Shown here one piece after another: positions 32,310 to 42,840 of a stretch of DNA of 64,000 bases. The stretch lies in assembly GCA_963681965.1 (NCBI GenBank), contig OY820579.1:2688001-2752000 (forward strand), in the 5' to 3' direction. The notes beneath the pieces were generated by a model. That model worked only from the letters and a program-made list of their open reading frames with translations, did no database searches and was not told the DNA's origin. The translations under genes were made by a program, and so were the position numbers. This DNA comes from a bacterium. GTDB lineage: Bacteria; Electryoneota; JAOADG01. Each line of letters starts with the position of its first letter. Position 1 is the first letter of the stretch.

Positions 32310-32419
32310 TAACGGATTGCCTCCGTATTCAATCGAACGTAGATGGGGAGGGTTGTTAGATGACTCCCGATCGGATTTATAACGAGCAATGCTATCGAGT
32401 ATTTAAAAAAACGATAGCG

Positions 32420-35074
32420 TTAACGGCTTTTCACCTGCAGAAATGCTCTCAAGCGAATATCTTTGGATGAAGCGCCAATCATGATGCGGGACATACCCGG
32501 TTCGATGGTCGGCTGAATATTTTGGTCGTACATCGTTAGTAAATCGGGAGTGATGGTAAATGACAATTCTCGGCTTTCACCGGGCTGGAGATGAACGCGT
32601 TGAAATTCCTTCAGCTCGGTGATTGGACGGGCGACTGATGCCAGTTCATCGCGAATGTATAGCTGCGTCACCTCATCGCCAGCTCGAGACCCGGTATTTT
32701 TAAGTGTGAAGCGGGCGATTGCCGACTGGCCGGCCTTCATTTCCGATGGTTCGATGCGCAAGTTGGTGTATTCAAAAGACGTGTAACTAAGACCATGACC
32801 GAACGGAAATAGCGGTTGCCCGCTCAGGTCGTTGTAATCGTCGCCGCGACCCGTCGGCTTGTGGTTGTAAACCAGCGGGAGTTGTCCTTCGGTAAGAGGA
32901 TAAGTGATCGGGAGCCGGCCCGCGGGATTGATATCGCCAAAGAGCGCATCGGCAATCGCCATCCCACCTTGTTCCCCGGGGTACCAGACAGTCAGTATGG
33001 ATGGAACCTGATCGATCCAATTCGACATCGTGATTGCACTTCCACCGACGAGTATGACGATAGTTGGTTTACCAAGTGCAGCCACCCGCCTAATTAACTC
33101 CTCTTGTCTTCCCGGTAATGACAGGGAGGCCCGATCCCGGAATTCACCTTCCTCGATACCGACAGCCAGAATTGATGCCTCGCAACGGTTCGCGAGATCG
33201 ACTGCCTTTTGGATTTGAATTTCTTCGTCCGATGGAATTCCAACATTCCAGATCAGTTTGATGCGCGCATTACCCGTCGGTTCGAAATACTCCAAGCGAA
33301 GTTTTTGGGGTTGATTTGCGATGAATGAAACATCGGAAAGCGTAGTTCGATACGATGTTTTACTCCAGTTGTCAATCAAGAGGGAGTCATTTAGGTAGAG
33401 TCGGTAGCCGTCATTCCCCTCGATACCCAGTTTGAATTTTCCCGTTACCGGCGAGCGAAGAGTTCCCGTCCAACGCACAGAATAGAAGTCGTAGGTCAAT
33501 TGTTGCGGATCGGGAGAGAATAGCGTCCACGCGAAATCGATCGAAGAATCTGTTCGGGTAAATACAGGTCTTCCGGTCAAGTCGATATTGTTGAAGTATT
33601 CCCCTTTGATACCGGTGATTGTGCTGTCACCCATTGACCATGAAAGTTGCGAATGAGGTACTGCTACGTACTGCGAAGCAATTCGATCACACCCTTTTGA
33701 GTATAAAACATCGATATTCTTTCCTGCTCTCGATCGGATTGCATCTACAATTGTGCTTGTTCGCGAGCAGGGTGCACTATATCCACCTAATCGCAAGGTA
33801 TCGGCATCAGGACCGATCACAGCTATTGAGCGAATGGATTTGGGCAGAGGTAGAGTAGAGTTTTTGTTCTTAAGCAGAATGATCGACTCGCTTGCAGCTC
33901 GACGACTTAGTTGAAGGTGTGTGGAAGTGTCGGTGTTCTTCCCTTTTAATGGGTCGATGTAGGGTTGTTCGAATAGACTTAATTGAAATTTCGCGCGCAA
34001 TACCCGAGCCACTGCCGAGTCGATGGTCGCCTTTCCGATACGTCCATCCAGAAAGGGCGGGATAAATAATTTGCTGTGGTCGATGGAGGTTTGAAAAATA
34101 ACGTCGAGGCCGGAGTTAATCGCTTTCGCACTTGCGTCGGCATAATCCGAAGCCGTGAAATGAAGTACATTCGCTCCGCCTACCGCCCCGGCATCGGAAA
34201 TGACAAACCCGCGAAATCCCATTTCACGTTTGAGTAAACGGTTGTTGAGACGGTCACTGGCCGAGCATGGCGATCCATCGAACGAATTGTAGGAAGTCAT
34301 GATCGATCGCGCGCCACCTGAGTGGATACAGGCTTCAAAGGGGGGTAGATGTGTCTCTCGCAGGGAACGCTCGCCGATATCGATGGGATAGCTGTCACGT
34401 CCGCCTTCGCCGACGTTTGCTATGAAATGTTTCGGAGTGGCGATGATGCCATTTCGTTCGAATTCGGAGACAAATGCTACACCCATTCGAGAGGATAAGA
34501 AGGGATCTTCCCCATACGTCTCCTCCGTTCTTCCCCACCTTACATCGGTAGCAATATTGATTACCGGCGACAGTACCTGTCGTATTCCCTGATTGCGACA
34601 TTGTTCGGCAATACTACGACTGATTTCATGCATTAGTGAGGTATCGAAAGTTGCAGCCAGACCGATTGCTTGCGGAAAAATCGTCGCATTCTTCTGGGTC
34701 AACCCATGTAACGCTTCGGCAAAAAAGATGATTGGAATTCCCAGACGAGTATTTTCGACAAAATGGTGTTGAACAAGGTTCAGACGATTTACTGACGCAG
34801 TGAAATCGAGATCGGAATTGATTTGAAGCCCAAAAACTCCGTCGTTAAATCGGGCTGGGTCATTGTCAATTTCACCAGCTAACATGAATAATTGCCAAAA
34901 TTTCTCTTCAGGGGTCATGCGAGTGAGCAAATCATTAACGCGATATTCGATAGTTGCAGTTGAATCGCGATAGGTTTGCGCAACGCTGTGATGCGGGAAG
35001 AAGACAACCAAACTGATGGCAAAAATCAGCCCGATTTGAAACGTGCTATTTTGCTTAGAATACTTTGATTTCAT
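32420..35074 (-). CDS. GH3 beta-glycosidase with PA14 insertion and Fn3-like C-terminus
   Basis: RWGRTEETYGEDP, KHF, GFVISDAG (nucleophile), PA14 (GEYFNN...YSVRWTG), PLFPFGHGLSYT. The start may be 35104. Confidence 0.93.
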   Translation of the reverse strand: MKSKYSKQNSTFQIGLIFAISLVVFFPHHSVAQTYRDSTATIEYRVNDLLTRMTPEEKFWQLFMLAGEIDNDPARFNDGVFGLQINSDLDFTASVNRLNLVQHHFVENTRLGIPIIFFAEALHGLTQKNATIFPQAIGLAATFDTSLMHEISRSIAEQCRNQGIRQVLSPVINIATDVRWGRTEETYGEDPFLSSRMGVAFVSEFERNGIIATPKHFIANVGEGGRDSYPIDIGERSLRETHLPPFEACIHSGGARSIMTSYNSFDGSPCSASDRLNNRLLKREMGFRGFVISDAGAVGGANVLHFTASDYADASAKAINSGLDVIFQTSIDHSKLFIPPFLDGRIGKATIDSAVARVLRAKFQLSLFEQPYIDPLKGKNTDTSTHLQLSRRAASESIILLKNKNSTLPLPKSIRSIAVIGPDADTLRLGGYSAPCSRTSTIVDAIRSRAGKNIDVLYSKGCDRIASQYVAVPHSQLSWSMGDSTITGIKGEYFNNIDLTGRPVFTRTDSSIDFAWTLFSPDPQQLTYDFYSVRWTGTLRSPVTGKFKLGIEGNDGYRLYLNDSLLIDNWSKTSYRTTLSDVSFIANQPQKLRLEYFEPTGNARIKLIWNVGIPSDEEIQIQKAVDLANRCEASILAVGIEEGEFRDRASLSLPGRQEELIRRVAALGKPTIVILVGGSAITMSNWIDQVPSILTVWYPGEQGGMAIADALFGDINPAGRLPITYPLTEGQLPLVYNHKPTGRGDDYNDLSGQPLFPFGHGLSYTSFEYTNLRIEPSEMKAGQSAIARFTLKNTGSRAGDEVTQLYIRDELASVARPITELKEFQRVHLQPGESRELSFTITPDLLTMYDQNIQPTIEPGMSRIMIGASSKDIRLRAFLQVKSR

Positions 35075-37289
35075 CGCAGAAGATCCACGCTTTGCCCCCG
35101 GCACCTTTATGCCAAGGTGGACATTGTTTCATGTTCACAGCTTTCACTTGGATGTATCTTGCCGAAATGGGAAAGAAACGTACAGATAGAGGGATACGCA
35201 GTGTTCCTTCCTGATGCGAGTCGATGGAAGCTGATAAACACCCTACTGACCGAAATGCTTTCCCATCATCAGATGCGAAAAATTCAACTGATTCAGGTCG
35301 GAAGATCCATGATGCGTTGTCTTGAAGAAATGCGGTTTCGATGTAGGTTACAGGTTTGATCGCTCCTAGATCGATAGTTGCTTGCATATCCTCACCTTCA
35401 AACCCGAGCCAGTGCATATGGTAATCGTCCCATCCGATTAAACCATCCGTTAGCGCCTCTGCTTGTCCCTCGTGGTACTTAGGACTAGCAGGAATAGTCA
35501 GATTGACCGAGTGTTCCAATGCTTGATGCGGTTCAGTACTTCCCTGTAGAAAGCGACTACAAGAACTAAAATACTCTTCAGGAGGAACGCCATGTTCCCA
35601 CAATTTCGAAATTCCAACACGCTTGCAACGCACATAAAAGGTATCTAGTAGTGTTGTGAATTCTGGTCGTGCAGTCCGTAATCCAGATTTTGTTCGAGTG
35701 AAACAGCCGCGATTATTATCAGCGAAGAGTTTGCCTAGTTCCAATTGAGCGTATTGTAGCGGAAGTCGAGCAGTCCGTACACGTTCAAGAATCTCCGGAT
35801 TTCCCGCAACCGCAATTTCTGCTTGATCAAAGTACCGGTTGTACTGTTCGACCCGGTCACCGGATAAGTAACTTTTTGCAGCATAAAATGGATAACCAAA
35901 GCAGGAAAGACCGTCTCCCGATTTGACCAATGCAACCTGCATAGTGTCGATGTATTGGCGAAGATACGGCGCTGCACTGCCATAATAGCCCTGAAGGAAG
36001 TCATTGACCAGCGTATTTCTGTCGAGTTCGGGATTCCAGAGCAGTTTGGCAATTAAATAGGTACGTAGTTCGGCAAATTCCCCATGCATCTCACTGATGC
36101 CTTGCTCGAATACTGTGTTGATCCCGTTTTTTGCGAAGTACTGGAGATTCGGTTGTATCACATGGAGATTGGGGAATGGGCTAACCATATTTCGAAATTG
36201 AATTACATAATCCCACAGAAATATGTTTTTTGTCAATTTCGACCAATCCTGCAAGTCTTTGATAAAAGAGGCATCCGATGGACTATCGGCAATCGGTCGA
36301 CTACGATCGCACTCGATACTGCATAGCATGATATTGACATTCGGTGCTGGTTTGGTGAGTCGCGGTGCCGAGCGAGAATATTGGTATGCCAAAGTCGAGA
36401 TGGTTTTATCGGGGAATTCTGCAGCTACTCGATTGACAAATCGAAGGAGTGAGCCGGATTGCGATCCTTCAGCATCGTCAACCTTCCGGCACTCAGAACA
36501 GGTGCAGGGAACATAAGTGTCATTCTGTGATACCGACCAGAATTTCGCATTTGGTTTTTCCAGCATTCGTTTTCGAAGTTCTTCGATGACGATACGGACA
36601 ACCTCGGAATTGCTGAGACACAATTGTCCATCTGCAATTCGAACACCATTATTTTCCGAAAAATACTCAGGGTGGTTCGCGAAGTACTTTTGGGGTGGCA
36701 CTAGTGTTTGGAAAGTATGAACAAACAGACCCCAGTCTTCCAAAGAGTTCAGTTTATGCCAAGCATTATACTGTGCATCTTTGAAGTCTTGCAATCGAAA
36801 CGAGAACGTCGGTATTTGGATCTCGTCAAGTGCTGGAAGAACGATTGTTGATTGATGTGGTATGACTGACACAGATGGACTGTATTTTCGACAACCCAGT
36901 TGGTTTTCCAGAAATGAATAGACAGCATTATGCAATCCGTGGTCGGTGTTGGCGGTTAGGATGATTTGATTGTTGCTGATTCGAGTATGAAAACCGTCAA
37001 GACTTAAATTCTTACCCTTAACCGGTTTGTCCGTGATTTGGAAAGAGATACTATTCGCTAACGGAATAGAACCAACCGAGACAGGTAGTTTCGGACCCGA
37101 TATCCGGTCAATATAGATGCGTAAAGTTTCAGCGGCTGCTGTTACGATTGGAGTAGCGTGCTCGGGCAGCAAGATTTGGAACTGGCTCGTACCATCTTGA
37201 ACGAGTGTAGTAGATCGAGGCGCAGCAAAACAATTTCCTGTTGCGAGTAATAGTGTTATGACGAGATAAATTGAGCGAAGTATTATCAT
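35055..37289 (-). CDS. DUF4838-family putative glycoside hydrolase with C-terminal F5/8-like domain
   Basis: HTF..LVPP.KYF..HPEYF, QLCLSN, SVSQND, TLAYQY, WDY and AKLLWNP; ATGA overlap with the upstream fucosidase stop. Confidence 0.8.
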   Translation of the reverse strand: MIILRSIYLVITLLLATGNCFAAPRSTTLVQDGTSQFQILLPEHATPIVTAAAETLRIYIDRISGPKLPVSVGSIPLANSISFQITDKPVKGKNLSLDGFHTRISNNQIILTANTDHGLHNAVYSFLENQLGCRKYSPSVSVIPHQSTIVLPALDEIQIPTFSFRLQDFKDAQYNAWHKLNSLEDWGLFVHTFQTLVPPQKYFANHPEYFSENNGVRIADGQLCLSNSEVVRIVIEELRKRMLEKPNAKFWSVSQNDTYVPCTCSECRKVDDAEGSQSGSLLRFVNRVAAEFPDKTISTLAYQYSRSAPRLTKPAPNVNIMLCSIECDRSRPIADSPSDASFIKDLQDWSKLTKNIFLWDYVIQFRNMVSPFPNLHVIQPNLQYFAKNGINTVFEQGISEMHGEFAELRTYLIAKLLWNPELDRNTLVNDFLQGYYGSAAPYLRQYIDTMQVALVKSGDGLSCFGYPFYAAKSYLSGDRVEQYNRYFDQAEIAVAGNPEILERVRTARLPLQYAQLELGKLFADNNRGCFTRTKSGLRTARPEFTTLLDTFYVRCKRVGISKLWEHGVPPEEYFSSCSRFLQGSTEPHQALEHSVNLTIPASPKYHEGQAEALTDGLIGWDDYHMHWLGFEGEDMQATIDLGAIKPVTYIETAFLQDNASWIFRPESVEFFASDDGKAFRSVGCLSASIDSHQEGTLRIPLSVRFFPISARYIQVKAVNMKQCPPWHKGAGGKAWIFCDEIKVF

Positions 37290-38719
37290 TTCTCGACCTG
37301 CAATCGAAATGCCCATGCAAATTGACATGGCGGATTAGCGCGAACCGATTCGGGGATACGGATAACGCACCCTTTATCCGAAATTGACCACTCTAATGGC
37401 TTCTCAACACCGAACATTGTTACTTTGCTACCGGTCAATGGTTGGAAACTCGGAACTGTAATTGATGTTGGAAGACCGGGTTGAGATTCGGAATTGAGAA
37501 GAATGACATTTACACTTCGATCGGGAGATCTGGTATAACAGAGCTGCCCCTCTTTATAGGGAGCCACTGCACGGGTAGAGTAGATCGCATTGCCGTTGAC
37601 CTTCATCCAGGCACCCAATTCATGTAATCGGTTGTAGGCGTCAGGCGACAATTCACCGGTCGGGCTGGGACCAATATTGAGTAAAAGGTTCCCACCTTTC
37701 GCGACGATATCGACCAATAGATGAATGAGTTTTCGTGTCGGTTTGTATTCATCGTTGGGGACATAGCTCCACGACGTTGCCATTGTTAAACAAGTTTCCC
37801 AGACAGTATTGAGGGGTTTTTCCGGTACTTCCTGTTCGGGGGTATGGTAATTTTGGTAGAGTCCATCGACCGCTCGATCGACGATAATTAATCCGGGTTG
37901 ATGAGATCGTGCCATCGTTGCAATCTTCGGCATATCGATATTTTGGTCACAAGGTGCTTTGCCCCATCGTGGTGACGTTGGTGTCATCGGTTGAACCCAG
38001 CCACCATCCAACCAGAGGATATCGATGGGTCCATAATCAGTCATTAATTCTTGAATTTGATTGTACGTGAAATTCTTAAATGCATTCCATTTTTCAGGAT
38101 ATCGTTTGATGTCGTAATTCACATTCCGGTCGAATGGGGGAAAATATGGCCACCAGTAATCCGGTGAGTGCCAATCTGGTTTGGAGAAATATGTACCGAC
38201 TCCGAAACCCTGTTTTCGAAACGCTGTAAACAATTCTTTAGTAATATTTGACTTAGCGTTAATACTAAATGGGCATTTGGCATCGGTAATCTTATAATCG
38301 GTTTCTTTTGTATCGAACATACAGAAACCATCGTGATGCTTGGTGGTAAAGATAAGATAGCGCATACCTGCATCTTTAGCGGCAGCAGCCCAACCAGCAG
38401 GATCAAATTTGGTTGGATTGAAACTAGTCTTCAGATTTTCATAAGCTGTTTTGTAGGACCAATAGTCTTTGGCTAAGGGTCCGCGCCGTTTGGTCCAATC
38501 TTCGTCTTCGGGACAGATACTCCAACTTTCAACGACACCCCATTGGCTGTAAGTACCCCAGTGCATAAGCAAACCAAGCTTCTGATCTTGAAACCACTCG
38601 AGTTTATTTAATACTAGCGAATCGGTTTGTGAATATGCCTGAGATGAAGTAATAGTGATACCGAATCCAATCAATAAGAAAAGTAAGAAATTTGTATTGA
38701 GTGTTTTATTACACTTCAT
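37286..38719 (-). CDS. Alpha-L-fucosidase (GH29)
   Basis: WFQDQKLGLLMHWG, TTKHHDGF, ILWLDG (nucleophile), WETC and GGNLLLNIGP; signal peptide. Confidence 0.95.
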   Translation of the reverse strand: MKCNKTLNTNFLLFLLIGFGITITSSQAYSQTDSLVLNKLEWFQDQKLGLLMHWGTYSQWGVVESWSICPEDEDWTKRRGPLAKDYWSYKTAYENLKTSFNPTKFDPAGWAAAAKDAGMRYLIFTTKHHDGFCMFDTKETDYKITDAKCPFSINAKSNITKELFTAFRKQGFGVGTYFSKPDWHSPDYWWPYFPPFDRNVNYDIKRYPEKWNAFKNFTYNQIQELMTDYGPIDILWLDGGWVQPMTPTSPRWGKAPCDQNIDMPKIATMARSHQPGLIIVDRAVDGLYQNYHTPEQEVPEKPLNTVWETCLTMATSWSYVPNDEYKPTRKLIHLLVDIVAKGGNLLLNIGPSPTGELSPDAYNRLHELGAWMKVNGNAIYSTRAVAPYKEGQLCYTRSPDRSVNVILLNSESQPGLPTSITVPSFQPLTGSKVTMFGVEKPLEWSISDKGCVIRIPESVRANPPCQFAWAFRLQVEK

Positions 38720-39031
38720 ATTAGTTCTCCTCTCATCGTCTCATTGAGAGCATAATATACTTAATCTATTACAGTTAAACTATAATATTCCCGATGTGAT
38801 GTAAAAACACTTTCCAGATAAGAGGTGGAGTAAGCCTACACCCTTTGAATTGAGTTATTGTTTTAAGTGAGAACGCAGGCTCAAATAATTATGTTTTCGT
38901 AATGTATTGATTACTGGTGTTGAATATTCGCAAGTTACGAATGATCGATTAAAATGTTGACTTCTCGATAGTATTTTATCTACGTTAATATGACAAATCA
39001 TTCCCAAGTATTTCCATCGCAGGAGGCACTT

Positions 39032-40039
39032 ATGAATGCTCGCATATTTCTTCTTCTCTTCACTCATCTTTCACTATTTTCTTCTTCCTTCTCTACGGTT
39101 TTACTAGTTGATAATAGTAGTAATGCTGCGACTAACGCTTATTCTACTGTACAGGCAGCGCATAATGCCGCAGTTAGTGGCGATACTATTTATGTGATTG
39201 GCACAGGTAGTTCATATGGTCAACTAACTGCGACTAAAACACTTTATTGGTTTGGTCCGGGATATCTTTTGCAAAATAATCCAGAGACTCAAGCAAATCC
39301 TGGTTCAGCTCGACTGTCCGGTGTTTCGTTCAATTCAGGATCTGCAGGTTCGTCGATGACTGGTTTTTGTATCGAAGGGACACTCGATTTCGTAACAGGG
39401 AATATCTTGTTTCGAAGAAATTATGTTTCTTTGACTAACAATACCGCTTTTATGGTCGAAGTTCTAGCACCAAACGTAATTCTTGAGCAATGTTATTTCT
39501 ATCATCCCTATACCTCTGGATCGGGACAATTTATTTCGATCGGTTCCGCTGCCAATAATACTGTTTTTAGAAACTGTATACTATACAGCTATGCCAATGA
39601 GATAATCGGTTCTACACTCACTGGTGCATTAACATTTCGAAATTGTGTATTCGATTTGTCAACGATGAGTTTTTACAATGCTGTTCTCGTAAATTGTATT
39701 TTGAAATCAGGTTCGTATTCCGCCAACAATAACGAAGTAACCTATTCGATGTGCAATAGTACGCAATTCGGTTCAAACAATCATAATATTCAAAATGTCG
39801 ATATGGCATTTGTTTTTCAAACCACTGAAGATTTTGATGCATATTATCAGCTAGCATCCGGATCGCCGGCAATCGGAACCGGGGAAAGCGGAAGCGATAT
39901 GGGCGTTTTCGGTGGACTGTACCCATATATCTTGAGTGGAATTCCAAATTTACCAACGATTACTTACATAAATGCCCCTTCCACTGGTAGTACAGTAAAT
40001 GGACTACCAATAACGATCCGTGTTCGTGGTCGGAACTAG
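39032..40039 (+). CDS. Secreted parallel beta-helix protein, module 2 partner A
   Basis: AGGAGG RBS and signal peptide; QAAHNAAVSGDTIY, YQLASGSPAIGTG..GSDMGVFGG.YPY; ends GLPITIRVRGRN. Confidence 0.85.
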   Translation: MNARIFLLLFTHLSLFSSSFSTVLLVDNSSNAATNAYSTVQAAHNAAVSGDTIYVIGTGSSYGQLTATKTLYWFGPGYLLQNNPETQANPGSARLSGVSFNSGSAGSSMTGFCIEGTLDFVTGNILFRRNYVSLTNNTAFMVEVLAPNVILEQCYFYHPYTSGSGQFISIGSAANNTVFRNCILYSYANEIIGSTLTGALTFRNCVFDLSTMSFYNAVLVNCILKSGSYSANNNEVTYSMCNSTQFGSNNHNIQNVDMAFVFQTTEDFDAYYQLASGSPAIGTGESGSDMGVFGGLYPYILSGIPNLPTITYINAPSTGSTVNGLPITIRVRGRN

Positions 40040-40052
40040 AGGAGGATGCATT

Positions 40053-41057
40053 ATGATTGAAAGAATAATCTCTTCAACCGGGAGATGTACTCAAAATCGA
40101 ATAATTTACTGGATTTTATTAACTCTTTTCTCTTTACCGATCTCGTATGCACAAATAGTAGATGCAGTAGAATATTTTTTCGATTCCGATCCCGGTTTTG
40201 GAAATGGAACGCCAATTTCGATTACACCAGCTACGTTGCTTGAAGTGCAAATTACTTCGTTTAGTCCATTAGGCAGTGGTGTTCACACGCTCTATGTTCG
40301 CGCTAGACAAAATGGCGTTTGGGGATTACCAGGTTTACACCGATTCTGGTCGGAACCAACCGGTCCCAATACTCCTGCTATAATAAGATTAGAATTTTTT
40401 TTCGACAATGATCCGGGAATCGGGAATGGTATACCCTTGATTTTGACCGGTACCGATTCGACTACTCGAACTATTATCGTTCCCATGAACAATTTGACAC
40501 CCGGATTCCATTGGCTCTGGTTAAGAGCCATGGATAGTTATGGAGGGATATCTCTTCCACTACCAAAACCGATTTGGGTCGAGGGAGTAGAATACAATCG
40601 ATCTTCGGTAAATGAGGTCGGAATATTTTTTGATATCGATTTAGGACCTGCTCATGATAGAATCGTTCCTCTTGTAGCTGCCGACTCACTTACAACTACA
40701 TTTATTGCTAGCTTGGCAGATCTTTCAGCCGGATATCACAAAATGGGCGTTCGGATTAAAGATTCTGGTGGGAAATGGTCGCTACCATATATGAAACAAA
40801 TCTTAGTGCTTGCACCTCCTGATGCTCCTCAATTCTTAGTAATATCGTACGAAAATAATAATGCCACTTTAAACTGGTCCACGACATCAGTTCCGATGGA
40901 CAGCTTTCGCATCTATCGAAATTCGACTGGTCATTTTAATGTACCGAATAGTGGTACACTCATCGGAACAGTGAATGGAAGCACCACAACCTTCACTGAT
41001 TACAACGTTACTGGTGAGTATTATTATCGAGTAACTGCTTACGTCATAGACGATTAG
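40053..41057 (+). CDS. Secreted protein with 3 E(Y/F)FFDxDPG repeats and a C-terminal FN3-like 'YYRV' domain, module 2 partner B
   Basis: GGAGG RBS; three ~75 aa repeats (the third degenerate); C-terminal domain matches that of 31113-32309. Confidence 0.85.
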   Translation: MIERIISSTGRCTQNRIIYWILLTLFSLPISYAQIVDAVEYFFDSDPGFGNGTPISITPATLLEVQITSFSPLGSGVHTLYVRARQNGVWGLPGLHRFWSEPTGPNTPAIIRLEFFFDNDPGIGNGIPLILTGTDSTTRTIIVPMNNLTPGFHWLWLRAMDSYGGISLPLPKPIWVEGVEYNRSSVNEVGIFFDIDLGPAHDRIVPLVAADSLTTTFIASLADLSAGYHKMGVRIKDSGGKWSLPYMKQILVLAPPDAPQFLVISYENNNATLNWSTTSVPMDSFRIYRNSTGHFNVPNSGTLIGTVNGSTTTFTDYNVTGEYYYRVTAYVIDD

Positions 41058-41290
41058 AGACCATTCTATACATCTACTTTTGGAAAGCACTAAATATGAG
41101 GAGTATCAAGATTTTCATAGAATTCATCGCTATACTGTGTAGAAACTTAACAGTCAATTTCGAGATCGCATAATTCGGGATCGCATATTTAGTGAGAACG
41201 CATCTTGTATTTGTGAGGTGGTACCCTCAGTTTGGACAGTTTTGTGCGAATCTTAGTTAGATTGCACCGCCCACTGTCTGCTGTTTCTTG

Positions 41291-42106
41291 TCAGGCAGCT
41301 GCCTGACAAGAAAGATTTCTTAGACTATCGGTGTAGACTTCATCTGGGGTTTGATAGCCCAAGCCTTGGTGCGAACGTTCGCTGTTGTAGAACGAAAAAT
41401 ACTCACCGATGCTACGCTCTGCAACGCGAACTGAATCGTACCCTTTCAAGTATACTTCCTCGTACTTCAACGACTTCCACAACCGTTCGACAAAACGGTT
41501 ATCCATCCACCGACCCTTACCATCCATGCTGATCCGAACGCCAGCTTCTTTCAAGACATCAGTAAATGCAGTGCTAGTAAACTGACACCCTTGATCGCTG
41601 TTAAAGATCTCCGGTCTTCCATACTTCGACAATGCTTCCGTCAGCGCTTCCACACAGAAATCGGTGTCCAGCGTATTCGAAAGTCGCCACGACAGTACTT
41701 TCCGGCTGTACCAATCGATCACCGCCACCAGATACACAAAACCCCGAGCCAATGGGATGTACGTGATATCGGTTGCCCACACTTGATTCGCCCGATCTAC
41801 CACAATATCGCGAAGCAGGTACGGATAAATCTTGTGTTCCTTGTCAGGGATCGTCGTACGCGGCTTGCGATACAACGCTTCCAGACCCAGGAGGCGCAGC
41901 AGGGAACGAACCTTTTTCCGACCAACATCGATACCCTGCTTCGATAACTCCACCACCAGTTTACGGGCACCGTAGAACGGAACTTTCAGATGAAGCTCAT
42001 CCAATGTTCGCAACAGCATCAACTCGGTCGAATCAAGCGGAACCGGACGATAGTAGAAACTGCTGCGTGGAATCTGGATCAAAGAACACTGCTGAACCAC
42101 CGGCAA
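41291..42106 (-). CDS. IS3-family transposase OrfB (DDE integrase core); frame open up to the slippery site at ~42169
   Basis: [16 protein letters not shown] and [10 protein letters not shown]; T-TTT-TTG heptamer at 42169-42175 joins orfA to this frame by a -1 shift. Confidence 0.92.
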   Translation of the reverse strand: MPVVQQCSLIQIPRSSFYYRPVPLDSTELMLLRTLDELHLKVPFYGARKLVVELSKQGIDVGRKKVRSLLRLLGLEALYRKPRTTIPDKEHKIYPYLLRDIVVDRANQVWATDITYIPLARGFVYLVAVIDWYSRKVLSWRLSNTLDTDFCVEALTEALSKYGRPEIFNSDQGCQFTSTAFTDVLKEAGVRISMDGKGRWMDNRFVERLWKSLKYEEVYLKGYDSVRVAERSIGEYFSFYNSERSHQGLGYQTPDEVYTDSLRNLSCQAAA

Positions 42107-42123
42107 ACTGGCACCAGGATCGA

Positions 42124-42426
42124 TCAGCGCTTCACGCTCAGAACGCCCAAGCGACTGAGCCCCCGTGACAAAAAATCGTTCTCCATCGTTAACTGGCCAA
42201 TCTTGGCGCGAAGCTCCTTAAGGTCTACTTCTTCACTTCCTGACGATTCAGTTTTGCCAAATACCGATGCAGCATGATCCAAAAGCTGCTTCTTCCACTG
42301 ACTGATCTGGTTCGGATGAACTTGATATAGACTTGATAGTTCAGATACTGTCTTATCACCCTTGAGTGCGGCTAATGCTACCTTCGCCTTGAAATCAGGC
42401 GATAAGGTCCGTCGTAATCCCGACAT
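42124..42426 (-). CDS. IS3-family transposase OrfA
   Basis: FKAKVALAALKGDKTVSEL...VHPNQISQWKKQL...KIGQLTMENDFL; ATG at 42426 follows GGGAG. Confidence 0.9.
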   Translation of the reverse strand: MSGLRRTLSPDFKAKVALAALKGDKTVSELSSLYQVHPNQISQWKKQLLDHAASVFGKTESSGSEEVDLKELRAKIGQLTMENDFLSRGLSRLGVLSVKR

Positions 42427-42840
42427 TGTAAACTCCCTGCTTGCTGTCAAAATATCGGGCAAAGCAATCTAACTAACAAACTGTCCAGGAAAACGGGACC
42501 ACTTCATTGAGTGAGTGTAATACGTCAACTGAGACGTGATTTTGATCGTGTCGATGTTTTACGATTAATCCTCATTGAAAAACAACATTCATGAATACTA
42601 TATCCCACTAACGAAACTTTACGTGTTTTTTTACTCATTCTACTGTTGAATATTTTGTGAAGTGATGATGCAATATCACTGCGACAGGGAGGCAGAGGTG
42701 AACACTAAAATTATAATATTATTGTTCTCAATCGTTAGTGCGACGTTCAGTTTACAGTCCTGCAAAGACAATTCGTCCCCAACTTCAGTGCCAACCGTCG
42801 GGATACTGATCTGCCCCCATTATTTGTACCAGTGTCTATG

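Larger units (their letters stand above)
41214..42506 (-). mobile_element. Complete IS3-family element A (1293 bp) with 3-bp target duplication TTG
   Basis: IRs TGAGGTGGTACCCTCAGTTTGGACAGTTT / TGAAGTGGTCCCGTTTTCCTGGACAGTTT; TTG at 41211-41213 and 42507-42509; orfA and orfB present. Confidence 0.93.

Noticed and set aside
32388-32421. Hairpin AATGCTATCG / CGATAGCGTT between convergent genes as a terminator
   Set aside because: The stem is weak, the loop is 14 nt, there is no clear U-tract and it overlaps the GH3 stop; not supported well enough to list.
30102-41057. Diversity-generating retroelement or recent DNA duplication behind the paralogous modules
   Set aside because: There is no reverse transcriptase gene and no near-identical template/variable repeat pair; the similarity is mostly at protein level.
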